A stretch of DNA of 64,000 bases from Alphaproteobacteria bacterium (lineage in GTDB: Bacteria > Pseudomonadota > Alphaproteobacteria > UBA828), in contig CBDCCI010000002.1 in NCBI GenBank assembly GCA_965214705.1, positions 2,368,001 through 2,432,000 of the forward strand, in the 5' to 3' direction. Shown piece after piece: positions 29,468 to 39,132 of the stretch (its first letter is position 1; every line of letters starts with the position of its first letter). A program made the translations under genes and the position numbers. Below the pieces are notes generated by a model. It did no database searches. It was not told where the DNA came from and worked only from the letters and a program-made list of their open reading frames with translations.

Positions 29468-30340
29468 ATGGTCTACGACGAGCCGGTCTTCAAGACACTG
29501 GGCGACACCGCGATCAACGTCGAGTTCGGCGACGAGTCGAGCATCCCCATCAACTTCCGCATCCTGGCACTCGATTTCGCGCTCCGGGAGGAGCCACCGA
29601 AGGGGTTGGTCGAGACCAACCCGCAGGTGCGCACCCTCGGCCTCGTCTTCAACCCGCTCGCGACCACCCGCGCACGCATCGTCGACCACGTGAAGGCGCT
29701 GATCGCTGCCCAGGGCACGGTGGAGACGCTGCCGAGCCGCCGGGTAATCATCCCGGCGCTCTACGACGACCCTTGGTCGCGCGAGTGCGCCGAAGCCTTC
29801 GGGGTGCGCAACAACATCGAATACATCGCCGAGTTCAACGACATGACGGTGGCGCAAGTCATCGAGACCCACACCGGCTGCGACTACTGGGTCACCGGCG
29901 TGGGCTTCGTCCCCGGCGCTTTCATGTCCTACGCCATGGACCCCACCAAGCGCTTCGGCGCACCGCTCTACCGCACGCCCCGCACCTGGACCCACGCCCG
30001 GCTGCTCAACTTCGGCGGGCTCACCTCCACCATCTATCCGATCCGGATACCGGGCGGCGGGCAGCTCTTCGGCCGCACCCCCATCGAAATCTTCGATCTG
30101 AGGGAAATCAGTCCGGCCTTCGCCGACGGCCCGGTGCTCGCCCGCGCCGGCGACCGGCACCGCTACGAATCGATCGGGCGCGAGGAATACGATGCGATTC
30201 GCGCCGAGGTCGAGGCCGGCACCTACGAATACCGGGTCGAGGAGGACAGCTTCGACTGCGCGGGCTACGAGGCGTGGCTCGCCGGGACCGGGGAGCCGGC
30301 GGAGAAGCGCGACCCCGACAGCACATGGGGGCCGTTCTGA
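29468..30340 (+). CDS. Carboxyltransferase/allophanate hydrolase subunit 1 family (PxpB-like)
   Basis: LGDTAINVEFG, GFVPG, PRTWT, IYP..PGG.QLFGRTP motifs. Confidence 0.78.
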   Translation: MVYDEPVFKTLGDTAINVEFGDESSIPINFRILALDFALREEPPKGLVETNPQVRTLGLVFNPLATTRARIVDHVKALIAAQGTVETLPSRRVIIPALYDDPWSRECAEAFGVRNNIEYIAEFNDMTVAQVIETHTGCDYWVTGVGFVPGAFMSYAMDPTKRFGAPLYRTPRTWTHARLLNFGGLTSTIYPIRIPGGGQLFGRTPIEIFDLREISPAFADGPVLARAGDRHRYESIGREEYDAIRAEVEAGTYEYRVEEDSFDCAGYEAWLAGTGEPAEKRDPDSTWGPF

Positions 30341-31353
30341 TGCCAGAAGTCATCGACGGCGGCCTGCGCACCACAGTGCAGGACATGGGGCGGCGCGGCG
30401 GGCAGGCTCTCGGGATTCCGCCCTCCGGCGCGCAGGACGGCTTCGCGCTCAGGATCGCCAATCTGCTCGTCGGCAACCCACCCGGCGGGCCGCTGGTGGT
30501 GCGCGACGACCCCGGCGCGGCGGGCCTCGAAATGACCCTCGGCCGGTTGAAGCTGAAGGCTCAACAAGACCACGTGCTTGCCCTCACCGGCGCGGACACG
30601 GGCGCGACCGTGGACGGCGAGCCCGTGCCCTGCTGGGCGAGCTTCGTGCTGCGCGAGGGCCAGACGCTCGCCTGCGGATTGGCGCAGAGCGGCGCGCGGG
30701 CCTACCTCGCGGTCCACGGCGGCATCGACGTGCCGCTCTACCGGGGCAGCCGCGCCACGCATGTCAGCGGCGGCTTCGGCGGGCTGGAGGGGCGCCCGCT
30801 CGCGAAGGGTGATCGCCTGCCGGTGGGCGGGGCGACGGCAGCGGCGGCGGACCTCGCCGGGCGCCGGCTCCGTCCCGATCTGGTTCCGGCCTATGCGCCG
30901 CCCATGCAGGTGCGCACCGTCGCCGGGCCAGAGGAGCATCACTTCACCGCGGAGAGCGTCGAGGCCTTCTACGCCACCGCCTGGAAGCTCAACCCCAAGG
31001 CGGACCGCACGGGCATGCGCTTCATCGGCCCAGAACTCTCCTTCAAGCCGGGGCGCCCGCACTACCTGATCGAGGACGCGGGCAAGGACCCCTCCAACAT
31101 CGTCATCGACCCCGGCGCGCCGGTCGGCACCGTGCAGGTGCCATCGGGCGTCGAGCCGATCGTGCTCTGCGTCGATTCGCCGAGCATCGGCGGTTATGCG
31201 CGGATCGCCGTCGTGATCACCACCGACATGGCGCGCGTCGGCCAGGTCCGCCCGTTCGAGGAGACCCGATTCGTGCGCATCTCCCACGAGGACGCGGTGG
31301 CGGCGCTCGCCGAACAGGAAGCGCTGATCGCGGACCCGGACACCATCATCTGA
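30340..31353 (+). CDS. Biotin-dependent carboxyltransferase family (PxpC-like)
   Basis: TTVQDMGR.G...GIPPSGAQD, GARAYLAVHGG, DRTGMR, GGY; ATGA overlap with upstream gene. Confidence 0.82.
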   Translation: MPEVIDGGLRTTVQDMGRRGGQALGIPPSGAQDGFALRIANLLVGNPPGGPLVVRDDPGAAGLEMTLGRLKLKAQQDHVLALTGADTGATVDGEPVPCWASFVLREGQTLACGLAQSGARAYLAVHGGIDVPLYRGSRATHVSGGFGGLEGRPLAKGDRLPVGGATAAAADLAGRRLRPDLVPAYAPPMQVRTVAGPEEHHFTAESVEAFYATAWKLNPKADRTGMRFIGPELSFKPGRPHYLIEDAGKDPSNIVIDPGAPVGTVQVPSGVEPIVLCVDSPSIGGYARIAVVITTDMARVGQVRPFEETRFVRISHEDAVAALAEQEALIADPDTII

Positions 31354-31380
31354 ACGCCAGCAGCGCGGGAGGCGCATGAC

Positions 31381-32157
31381 ATGCAGCGAGCGATGGACAT
31401 TAACAGCGACGTGGGCGAGAGCTTCGGCAACTACTCTTTCGGGGCCGACGCCGAGATTATTCCGCATCTCTCCTCGGTCAACGTGGCCTGCGGCTTCCAC
31501 GCGGGCGATCCCGTGCACATGGAACGCACGGTGACGCTGGCCAAGGAGAACGACGTCGCCGTCGGCGTGCACTGGGGCCTGCCGGACGTCAACGGCTTCG
31601 GCCGGCGCGAGATGAAGATTTCCACCGACGAGGCGCGCTGCCTCACCCTCTACCAGATCGGCGCGCTGCGCCAGATCGCGTCATCGGTGGGCGCCACCAT
31701 CGACCACCTGGTCCCCCACGGCGCGCTCTACCCGATGCTGGCGCGGGACGAGAAGATCGGCGGCGCCATGGTCGATGCGATCAACAGCGTCGGCGAGCCC
31801 TGGGTGCTCTACTGGCCGACGCCGCTGGAGCGCCACCGCTTCTACGAGATCGCCGGGCGCGAGGGCATCCCCATCGTCCACGAAATCTGCATCGACCTGG
31901 ACTACCGCGCCGACGGCTCGCTGATCGTCGAGCGCGTCAAGCAGGCCAGGGATCCGAGTTACATCGCCGACCGGGTGCAGCGCTTCGTCGAGGAGGGCAA
32001 GCTCGGCACCGTCGACGACACCGACCTTGAGTTCGAGGCCCAGGCGATCCTGCTCCACGGCGACGGCCCCAACGCGACCGAGGTAGTCAGCGCCGTGCGG
32101 ACCACGCTCGAGCGCATGCAGGTCGCCGTCCAGCCCGCCAGCACGCTGGTGCATTAG
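31381..32157 (+). CDS. pxpA: LamB/YcsF family (PxpA-like), second copy
   Basis: DINSDVGESFG, NVACGFHAGDP, GFGRR, PHGALY, LHGD. Confidence 0.82.
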   Translation: MQRAMDINSDVGESFGNYSFGADAEIIPHLSSVNVACGFHAGDPVHMERTVTLAKENDVAVGVHWGLPDVNGFGRREMKISTDEARCLTLYQIGALRQIASSVGATIDHLVPHGALYPMLARDEKIGGAMVDAINSVGEPWVLYWPTPLERHRFYEIAGREGIPIVHEICIDLDYRADGSLIVERVKQARDPSYIADRVQRFVEEGKLGTVDDTDLEFEAQAILLHGDGPNATEVVSAVRTTLERMQVAVQPASTLVH

Positions 32158-32306
32158 GGAACCTCTGATTTATCAGGGGTTCCCGTGGCACAGGGATGTG
32201 CCACCATTTTCGGTGGCTGTAAGTCACTGAAAATGTGAGCAAAGTGGAAAGCGCGCTTCCGCCTTGCGCGTCTGAGAAATGCAGGAGGCACTTATTCAGA
32301 CCTTCC
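32158..32306. mobile_element. 149-bp IS5-type MITE, copy 2
   Basis: Same sequence as 28467-28615; TTAG duplication at 32154-32157 and 32307-32310, the left copy containing the pxpA stop codon. Confidence 0.88.
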
Positions 32307-32319
32307 TTAGCTCTTTAAT

Positions 32320-32453
32320 CGCTCACGGCAGCCGGCCGTCGCGCGATCTCGCGCGCCTACGGGCGCGACGGCCGGCGCCTCCGCGAGGGCGCCGCTGGCG
32401 CGGCGGGCCGCGGTCGCGGCCTATCGCGAGTCCGTCGAAGACGGACTCGCTCT
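32320..32453. repeat. Multi-hairpin intergenic repeat, copy 2
   Basis: Matches 17301-17405 with an extra hairpin inserted in the first loop. Confidence 0.75.
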
Positions 32454-32463
32454 CCGTCGTCGG

Positions 32464-32503
32464 AAACAAAAACCCCGGCGCCCGCAGTCCTGAGCGCCGG
32501 GGT
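32464..32503 (-). terminator. Intrinsic terminator of amiE
   Basis: Minus strand stem CCCCGGCG...CGCCGGGG followed by TTTTTGTTT, about 40 nt after the stop. Confidence 0.7.
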
Positions 32504-32541
32504 CCGAAAAAGCTTCAGAGAGCCTGAAGCGGGGTCGCCCC

Positions 32542-33582
32542 CTACTCGGCCGCCATCTTCTGCGGCTCGGGGATGCCGTCGATGGGGCAGCCCGTGACGC
32601 CGATGGAGTCGCGGGTGATGGATTCGACCATCTGCTGCGCCCGGCGCGGGTCCTGCACCCAGGTGCGGTAGAAGTCGAACGGGCACTCGGCCACGCCCTT
32701 GTCGCCGTCGCCCGAGGCATAAACGCCCGTGTAGCCCCGGTGCATCAGCTTGAAGAGGTGGTTCTGCGCCTGATCGTTGGCACGGGAATCGCGGATCTGC
32801 GAGACGGAGAGCTGGGCGTACTGGATGCCGTTCTCCTCCTCGCCGCACTCGCCGAGCGTGCGGCCATCGAAACCGACGATCGCCGAGTGGCCGAAGTAGG
32901 TGTAGACGCCGTCGTTGCCGGCGGCGTTGGCGACCGCCACGTAGCAGCAGTTGGACCAGGCCATCGCCTTCGCCATCATGATCTGCTGGTCCTTCGCCGG
33001 GTACATGTAGCCCTGGCAGCGGACGATCAGCTCGGCGCCCTTGACCGCGCAGTCGCGCCAGATCTCGGGATAGTTGCCGTCATCGCAGATGATGAGGCTG
33101 ATCTTCATCCCCTTGGGCCCGGTGCTGACATAGGTGTTGTTGCCGGGATACCAGCCTTCGATCGGGCACCAGGGCAGGATCTTCCGGTACTTCTGGACGA
33201 TCTCACCCTCGTTGTTCATCAGGATGAGGGTGTTGTACGGGTTCTTGTTGGGGTGATCCTCGTGCACCTCGCCGGTGAGCGAGAAGACGCCCCAGGTGTT
33301 CGCCTCGCGGCAGGCCTCGGCGAAGATGTCGGTCTCCGGCCCTGGGATCGAGGACGCCGTGTCGAACATCTCCTGGCGGTCGTACATGATCCCGTGCGTG
33401 CTGTATTCGGGGAAGATCGCGAGATCCATCCCCGGTAGCCCGACCTTCGCGCCGACGATGAGATCGGCGATCTTCTTCGAGTTGTCGATCACCTCCTGGC
33501 GCGTGTGCAGGCGCGGCATCTTGTACTGAAAGACCGCGCAACCCACGGTATCCGGGCTGCTGACGATATCGCCGTGTCTCAT
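32542..33582 (-). CDS. amiE: Aliphatic amidase (nitrilase superfamily)
   Basis: [44 protein letters not shown] (E-K-C triad). Confidence 0.95.
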   Translation of the reverse strand: MRHGDIVSSPDTVGCAVFQYKMPRLHTRQEVIDNSKKIADLIVGAKVGLPGMDLAIFPEYSTHGIMYDRQEMFDTASSIPGPETDIFAEACREANTWGVFSLTGEVHEDHPNKNPYNTLILMNNEGEIVQKYRKILPWCPIEGWYPGNNTYVSTGPKGMKISLIICDDGNYPEIWRDCAVKGAELIVRCQGYMYPAKDQQIMMAKAMAWSNCCYVAVANAAGNDGVYTYFGHSAIVGFDGRTLGECGEEENGIQYAQLSVSQIRDSRANDQAQNHLFKLMHRGYTGVYASGDGDKGVAECPFDFYRTWVQDPRRAQQMVESITRDSIGVTGCPIDGIPEPQKMAAE

Positions 33583-33618
33583 GGCTTGGCCTCCCTAGCC
33601 GTCCGTATCCTGCGCGTG

Positions 33619-33647
33619 TTTATACCGCGCCCCAGACCGGAAACCAA
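33619..33647 (-). promoter_or_regulatory. Possible sigma70-type promoter for amiE
   Basis: TTGGTT-17 nt-TATAAA upstream of the GGAGG RBS. Confidence 0.4.
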
Positions 33648-33703
33648 ACACAGGCTAAGCTTGCCGCGGCTGCAATCGAGAGACGGCGGCGCCCGGATCG
33701 TCG

Positions 33704-34399
33704 CTAAACGGTCATGTGCTTGCGCACGATGTCGTCGGTCAACGCGTCGATCGCGCCGCTCGCCGCGATCTCGCCTCTCTCGATAATGCAGAAGTGCTGG
33801 GACGCCGCCCTCGCAAATTTTACGTTTTGCTCGACCAGCACGATCGTCAGGCCGACCTCTTTGTTGAGCCGCTGAATCGTGTCCTCGATCTGCTCCACGA
33901 TGTTGGGCTGAATACCCTCCGTGGGCTCATCGAGCAGCAGGATGCGCGGCTCGGACGCCAGCGCCCGCGCGATCGCCAGCTGCTGCTGCTGGCCGCCCGA
34001 CAACAGTCCGGCTCTGCGGCCGAGGTTATCGCGCAAGTAGGGAAACAAGTCCCTGACCAGGTCGGGCACCAAACGCCTGCGGTCGGTCCGCCCGTAACAT
34101 CCCATCAGAATATTGTCGCGAATCGAAAAATCTGGAATCAGCTCCCGTCCCTGGGGCACGTAACCGATCCCGGCGCGGGCGCGAAGATAGGTCGGCCTGC
34201 CGGTGATATCCTTGCCGTCCAACGTGATCGTGCCGAGCGTGCGAACCTCCAGCCCCAGAATGCTCTTGAGGAGCGTTGTCTTGCCGACACCGTTCCGCCC
34301 CAAAATACTAACGATTTCGCCGCTCTGAACTGACAAATCTATATCGCGCAAGACGTGGCTCGCACCGTAGTAGACATCCACTTGTGAGAGTTCAAGCAT
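33704..34399 (-). CDS. urtE: Urea/amide ABC transporter ATP-binding subunit
   Basis: GRNGVGKTT, YVPQGRE, LSGGQQQQLAIAR, LDEPTEGIQP. Confidence 0.88.
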   Translation of the reverse strand: MLELSQVDVYYGASHVLRDIDLSVQSGEIVSILGRNGVGKTTLLKSILGLEVRTLGTITLDGKDITGRPTYLRARAGIGYVPQGRELIPDFSIRDNILMGCYGRTDRRRLVPDLVRDLFPYLRDNLGRRAGLLSGGQQQQLAIARALASEPRILLLDEPTEGIQPNIVEQIEDTIQRLNKEVGLTIVLVEQNVKFARAASQHFCIIERGEIAASGAIDALTDDIVRKHMTV

Positions 34400-35147
34400 G
34401 GGTGATGCCGCCGCTTCCTAGATAGGCATCGATCACCGCCTGGTCATTTTCGATTTGCTCGACCGTCCCTTCTGCGAGCTTCTTTCCCAAATGCATGACG
34501 GTAATGACCTCGCAAATGGAACGCACGAACGTCATGTCATGCTCGACGACGATGATGGAGTGTTCGCTCTTGAGGCCGTTGATGATCTCAGAGGTCTTCT
34601 CGGTTTCGAGGGCCGTCATGCCCGCCGTGGGTTCGTCCAGCAGCACGAGTTTGGGCGATTGCACCAATACCATGCCAAGCTCGAGCCATTGGGTCTGCCC
34701 GTGCGACAGGCTGCCGGCGAGTGTGGCGCTCTCATCTGCGAGGCTGGTGAGCTCCATCGCACGCTCGATCTGGCTGTTGCGCTGGCGCGGCTTCGCGCTC
34801 ACCGAGAGGTTCCGCCATACTGACAGGCTGCGGGTATGGGCCACCTCGAAGTTTTCGCGCACCGTCAGGTCCTTGAAGACGCTCGGCACCTGAAATTTTC
34901 GTCCGATCCCTCGGCGCGCAATCTTGTGCTCCTGCCAGTTTGTAATGTTGTCTCCCGCAAATGACACCTTGCCGGCGGTCGACTTGGTGCGACCCGTGAT
35001 GAGATCCATGAGCGTCGTCTTGCCCGCGCCGTTGGCCCCGATCAGGACTCGCAGCTCTCCTTCCTCGACGGCCATATCGAACCCATCCACGGCGCGAAAG
35101 CCGCGGAAGTTCACCTCAAGGTTCTCGATCTCCAGAATTGTCGGCAT
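34392..35147 (-). CDS. urtD: Urea/amide ABC transporter ATP-binding subunit
   Basis: GANGAGKTT, IGRKFQ, LSHGQTQWLELGM, VEHDM. Confidence 0.88.
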   Translation of the reverse strand: MPTILEIENLEVNFRGFRAVDGFDMAVEEGELRVLIGANGAGKTTLMDLITGRTKSTAGKVSFAGDNITNWQEHKIARRGIGRKFQVPSVFKDLTVRENFEVAHTRSLSVWRNLSVSAKPRQRNSQIERAMELTSLADESATLAGSLSHGQTQWLELGMVLVQSPKLVLLDEPTAGMTALETEKTSEIINGLKSEHSIIVVEHDMTFVRSICEVITVMHLGKKLAEGTVEQIENDQAVIDAYLGSGGITHA

Positions 35148-35214
35148 TACGTACCGTTTCCCTCTCCGATCTCCGAACCTTCAAGCACCGGCCTCATTCT
35201 TTCGGGCCATCGCC

Positions 35215-36345
35215 TCACCGGGCCCGTCGTTCCTTGGCCGCCTTGTGGAGCCGTTCCAGCGCCAAATCCGCGGCTCCCTGGAAGAAGCCCGCGAGCCCGC
35301 GCGGCATCACCAGAACGACGAACAGGAAGATCGCGCCGATGATGAGCTGCCAGGCCTCCACCAGCATTTCCGTTTCGCTGACCGTGGCTTCGACCACGTT
35401 CAACATGATCGCGCCGAGGCAAGCACCCAACAGCGACCAGCGGCCGCCGACGGCCGCCCACACCACCATCGAAATACTGAAGCCGATATTCATGTAGGTG
35501 GGCGAGGCAAACTCGGCTGCGATCACATAGAGCATGCCTGCCAACCCGGCGATGGCTGCGGAGACGCAGAAGAAGAACACTTTGTAAATGGCAACGTCGT
35601 AACCCAGGTAGCGCACGCGCTCTTCGTTGTCGCGAATGGCCTGCAGGATCACGCCCACCTTGGTGTTGACCAGCCAACGTGCGCCGATCAGCACCAGGCA
35701 GGTGATGATCGCGATGAGATAGTAGGTCTCCACCAAGTAAGGATCGAACTCCAGGCCGCCGACCGTGAACCAGCCGAGATCGGTCAGTCCGTTGAAGCCG
35801 TTGATGAGCGGCTGCGCGTCGATCACCAGGAGCCGGACCAGCAGGCACAAGGCGAGCGTCAGAATTGCGACGTAGACACCGGCGATGCGCGCGCGGAACA
35901 TCGCGTAACCCAAGACGAGCGCGATGAGCGTCGGCATGACCAGCCCCATGGCCACGCCGAACCACTGTTCCTTGAAGGGAATCCAGAGGAACGACCCCTG
36001 GTTGATGCAGCAGAGGTCGATGGGCGCGCCCGGCTCCGACGTCCACAGCATGAAATCGGGAACCGGTTCGTCGGCGGACCCCTGTTGCAGGCTTGTCGGG
36101 CTCGCGAGCTTCAGCGACATCGCCAGCATGTAGGCGCCGAAGCCGAAGAAGAGGCCCTGGCCCAGATTGAGGATTCCGGCGTAGCCCCAGGACATGCTGA
36201 TGGCGATGCCGAGCATGCCGAACACCAGATACTTGGAAATCCGGTTTAGCCAGAAAACGTCCATGACGAGCGGGAGAAGCATGACGACGACGATGAACAA
36301 CCCGTAAGCGGCGAGCTGCAGATTGGTCCGGGTCAAGAGCTGCAT
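35215..36345 (-). CDS. urtC: Urea/amide ABC transporter permease
   Basis: WGYAGILNLGQG.FFG.GAY, PDFMLW, AIRDNE.RVRYLGY, AAVGGR. Confidence 0.85.
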   Translation of the reverse strand: MQLLTRTNLQLAAYGLFIVVVMLLPLVMDVFWLNRISKYLVFGMLGIAISMSWGYAGILNLGQGLFFGFGAYMLAMSLKLASPTSLQQGSADEPVPDFMLWTSEPGAPIDLCCINQGSFLWIPFKEQWFGVAMGLVMPTLIALVLGYAMFRARIAGVYVAILTLALCLLVRLLVIDAQPLINGFNGLTDLGWFTVGGLEFDPYLVETYYLIAIITCLVLIGARWLVNTKVGVILQAIRDNEERVRYLGYDVAIYKVFFFCVSAAIAGLAGMLYVIAAEFASPTYMNIGFSISMVVWAAVGGRWSLLGACLGAIMLNVVEATVSETEMLVEAWQLIIGAIFLFVVLVMPRGLAGFFQGAADLALERLHKAAKERRAR

Positions 36346-36347
36346 CG

Positions 36348-37241
36348 TCAACGTCCTCGGCGGGAGAACAGGCCTTGGGGCCGCAGGATGATGACGACGA
36401 TGATGACGCCAAACACGATCGCCCTGGCGAGGACGTCATTCAGCAGGCTCGCGACCCAGCCCTGGACCTCGCCCAGGATCACGGCCGAGCCGAGCGTGCC
36501 GAAGAGGCTGCCCACACCACCCATGACCACGACGAGGAAACCGTCGATCACGAACGGCGTTCCCATGCTGGGCGAGACGGTCTTGAAGCCGGCCAGCATC
36601 ACCCCGGCGGCGCCGGCCAGCGCGGAGCCATAGGCAAAGGTCCACGCGTTGATCTTCTTGTCGTCGATGCCGCAGCAGGACGCGATGCCGCGATTGCGCG
36701 AGACCGCGCGGAGCTGCATGCCGAAGGAGGTATGGAAGATCAGCCACCAAGTCAGGATGAACAGCCCGATGGTGAGCACGATGATGAAGGTGCGGTAGGG
36801 CTGCACCACGAAGTCGCCGACCAGGAAAGTCTCGCGGAAGAACGAGGGGATCGGGACGTTCTGCAGGCCGGGGCCGAGCCCGTCGATGTGCAGGCCCGCG
36901 AACGCGGCGCCGAACTCGAGGCGGATGGCCTGCTGAATGATGATCGCAAGCCCCCACGTCGCGAGCAGCGTATCCAGCAGGCGGCCGTACAATCGTCGCA
37001 CGATGAAGCGCTCGATGGCGTAGCCGAACGCACCGGTGACGACGAAGGCGACGGGAATGGTGGCGAGAAAGTGCAGTCCGAAATGGGTCTGGCAGAGAAC
37101 GGTGACGTAGGCGCCGATCATGACGAGCTCGCCATGCGCCATGTTGATGACACCCATGGTGCCGTAGGTGATGGCGAGCCCGAGAGCGACCAACAGCAAA
37201 ATGGACGAAAGACTCAGCCCAATGAAAATTACGTCGGCCAT
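36348..37241 (-). CDS. urtB: Urea/amide ABC transporter permease
   Basis: LGLAITYGTMGVINMAHGE, DTLLATWG, FLVVVMGGVG. Confidence 0.87.
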   Translation of the reverse strand: MADVIFIGLSLSSILLLVALGLAITYGTMGVINMAHGELVMIGAYVTVLCQTHFGLHFLATIPVAFVVTGAFGYAIERFIVRRLYGRLLDTLLATWGLAIIIQQAIRLEFGAAFAGLHIDGLGPGLQNVPIPSFFRETFLVGDFVVQPYRTFIIVLTIGLFILTWWLIFHTSFGMQLRAVSRNRGIASCCGIDDKKINAWTFAYGSALAGAAGVMLAGFKTVSPSMGTPFVIDGFLVVVMGGVGSLFGTLGSAVILGEVQGWVASLLNDVLARAIVFGVIIVVIILRPQGLFSRRGR

Positions 37242-37329
37242 ACTATGTGAGCCGTTTCGGTTCCGACGATGCGTGACTCCAGGCTGACGGGGGCCGGCGT
37301 CGAGACGCCAGCCCCCGCACCGTCAACGG

Positions 37330-38604
37330 TTAGGTCTTGAGCTTGCTGGAATCCAGGCCAGCCTGCGTGCAGAAGAGATTGTCGGGCGCTTCGCCGTATG
37401 CCGAATAGGGAAGCGGCATCAGCGGCTCCGCGTATTCGTCGACAATCTCGGCCTGCCCGTCCGGGCCCCACACGCCGATGCGCGGCGTCAGCCAGCAATG
37501 CAGGTTCTCGGGCTCGATTCTCACGCGCCCTTCCGGCGCATCGACCTCTTGTCCCTTGGACGCTTCGCGTACCGAAAGAGGATCGACCTCGCCAGCCTTC
37601 TCCACCGATTGCGCCCACAGGAATACTTGGAAATAGGCGCATTCCATGGCGTGATAGGTGACGGTATCGGCACCCATCGTGCTCTTCACGTCTTCCACGA
37701 ACTTCTCGTTCGCCGGATTGCTCACAGACTGAAAATAGGGGAAGGACGTGACACTGCCCGCGGCATAATCGGCACCCATCGCCTGCACTTCGATTTCCGA
37801 GCATACGGTGGCAAAGATGGGGAACCTGTCGTAGCTCAGGCCCTGGTTGATGAACTCACGGCGGAAGGCGACAATCGAGTCGCCGACCACGTTGGAATAA
37901 ACGCAGTCGCACTCGCCGGCTTCCCACATGGTCTTCATCTTGTTGACCATCGAACCCCATTCTGTGTGACCGAGTTCCAGGTACTCGTCAGCCACCCAGG
38001 AGCCGCCTTCTCTCTCCACCAGGATCTTGCAAACCTTGGCCATCTCACGCGGGTAGATGTAGTTCGATCCGACAATGAAGAACTTGTTGTAGCCCTGATT
38101 GGTGATCCAGGGGACGAAGTTCTCCTGCTGCTGGTTGGGAACGGCGCCCGTGTATATGACGTTCTTCGAGCACTCGAACCCTTCGTAGAACGTGGGATAC
38201 CAGTACAGATTCTTGCGCTTCTCGAACACCGGCAACGCTGCCTTGCGGCTCGCCGACGTGTAGGAGCCGAAGACGGACGGCACCCGGTCCCGCACGACGA
38301 GCTTGTTGGCTTTCTCGTTGAACGTGCGCGGGTCGGAGGCCGGGTCTTCGATGATCGGCACCACCTTCTTGCCGAGAACGCCACCGTTGGCATTGATCTG
38401 GTCGATGGCCATCTCGGTAACTTTACTCAACTGCTTTTCGACGATCGCCGTCGTACCTGTCAGCGAATAAAGAACGCCGACCTCGATCTCGTCATCGTCG
38501 GCCCAGGCAAACTGATAGTCCTTTACCCAGACATGCGGGAACGTCGTCAGCCCAGCCGCACCGAGCGCGATACCGGATTTCTTCAAGAAGTCTCGACGTT
38601 TCAT
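37330..38604 (-). CDS. Urea/short-chain amide ABC substrate-binding protein (UrtA/AmiC-like), Tat signal
   Basis: MKRRDFLK twin-arginine; SLTGTTA, YTSASRKA, YPTFYEGFE, GAVPNQQ, GSNYIYPR. Confidence 0.88.
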   Translation of the reverse strand: MKRRDFLKKSGIALGAAGLTTFPHVWVKDYQFAWADDDEIEVGVLYSLTGTTAIVEKQLSKVTEMAIDQINANGGVLGKKVVPIIEDPASDPRTFNEKANKLVVRDRVPSVFGSYTSASRKAALPVFEKRKNLYWYPTFYEGFECSKNVIYTGAVPNQQQENFVPWITNQGYNKFFIVGSNYIYPREMAKVCKILVEREGGSWVADEYLELGHTEWGSMVNKMKTMWEAGECDCVYSNVVGDSIVAFRREFINQGLSYDRFPIFATVCSEIEVQAMGADYAAGSVTSFPYFQSVSNPANEKFVEDVKSTMGADTVTYHAMECAYFQVFLWAQSVEKAGEVDPLSVREASKGQEVDAPEGRVRIEPENLHCWLTPRIGVWGPDGQAEIVDEYAEPLMPLPYSAYGEAPDNLFCTQAGLDSSKLKT

Positions 38605-38669
38605 AGCTCCCTCCTCCCTGTGATTTGTGCACGCACAAAGGGCAGTCTACGGTCGTCATTTGTACGATT

Positions 38670-38840
38670 GATGGCCGGAATCTGGCCGGCCTTCAGCACC
38701 GCCAAAAAAGTCAGGTGGACAAGCAAGGTCGAACGAAATGGACCCACCTACTTCTCCCTGACGGTGCTCATAGACTTGCCCGTTTCGCCCCGGCCCCAAT
38801 CGGAGAACGGGGTGTCTCGCGGCATCCAGCCTAGACACGT
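38670..38840 (-). promoter_or_regulatory. Structured 5' leader of the urt operon (candidate cis-regulatory RNA)
   Basis: Stems at 38812-38838, 38779-38811 and 38695-38768; the long stem needs G.U pairs on the minus strand. Confidence 0.5.
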
Positions 38841-38847
38841 CGCAAGT

Positions 38848-38876
38848 ATCGTATGGGCGCCCCTACCCACCGTCAA
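38848..38876 (-). promoter_or_regulatory. Sigma70-type promoter of the urt operon
   Basis: Minus strand TTGACG-17 nt-TACGAT. Confidence 0.6.
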
Positions 38877-39132
38877 GCAGCGGCGGTCCCGGCGCGGCCC
38901 AGGCGATCGATCATGTGTCAGGGGTAAAAGGGGCACTCCCTCTGGTTATCGGCCAGCCACGAACAGGAGCACCCCGATGCCACGGCGCTCTTCGACGATT
39001 GAGAGCCCACCGATGGCCTTTGCCCTGGTGAAGGAAATGCAAGCCGACCAACGAGACGCTGGACCCCCCGGCACGAACGCGCCCATACTTCGAGGCAACG
39101 AATAAATTTCACGACAGGGAATGGAGGGAACG

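Noticed and set aside
29350-31353. 667-aa ORF as a PxpB-PxpC fusion
   Set aside because: The N-half is an alternative frame of pxpB; pxpC starts at the ATGA overlap at 30340
38770-38840. Guanidine-I (ykkC) riboswitch
   Set aside because: Only a vague CUAGG..CCG.GAG likeness; core GGGUUCCG and AAAAGCCCGGGAG elements are absent, so it is kept as an unclassified leader
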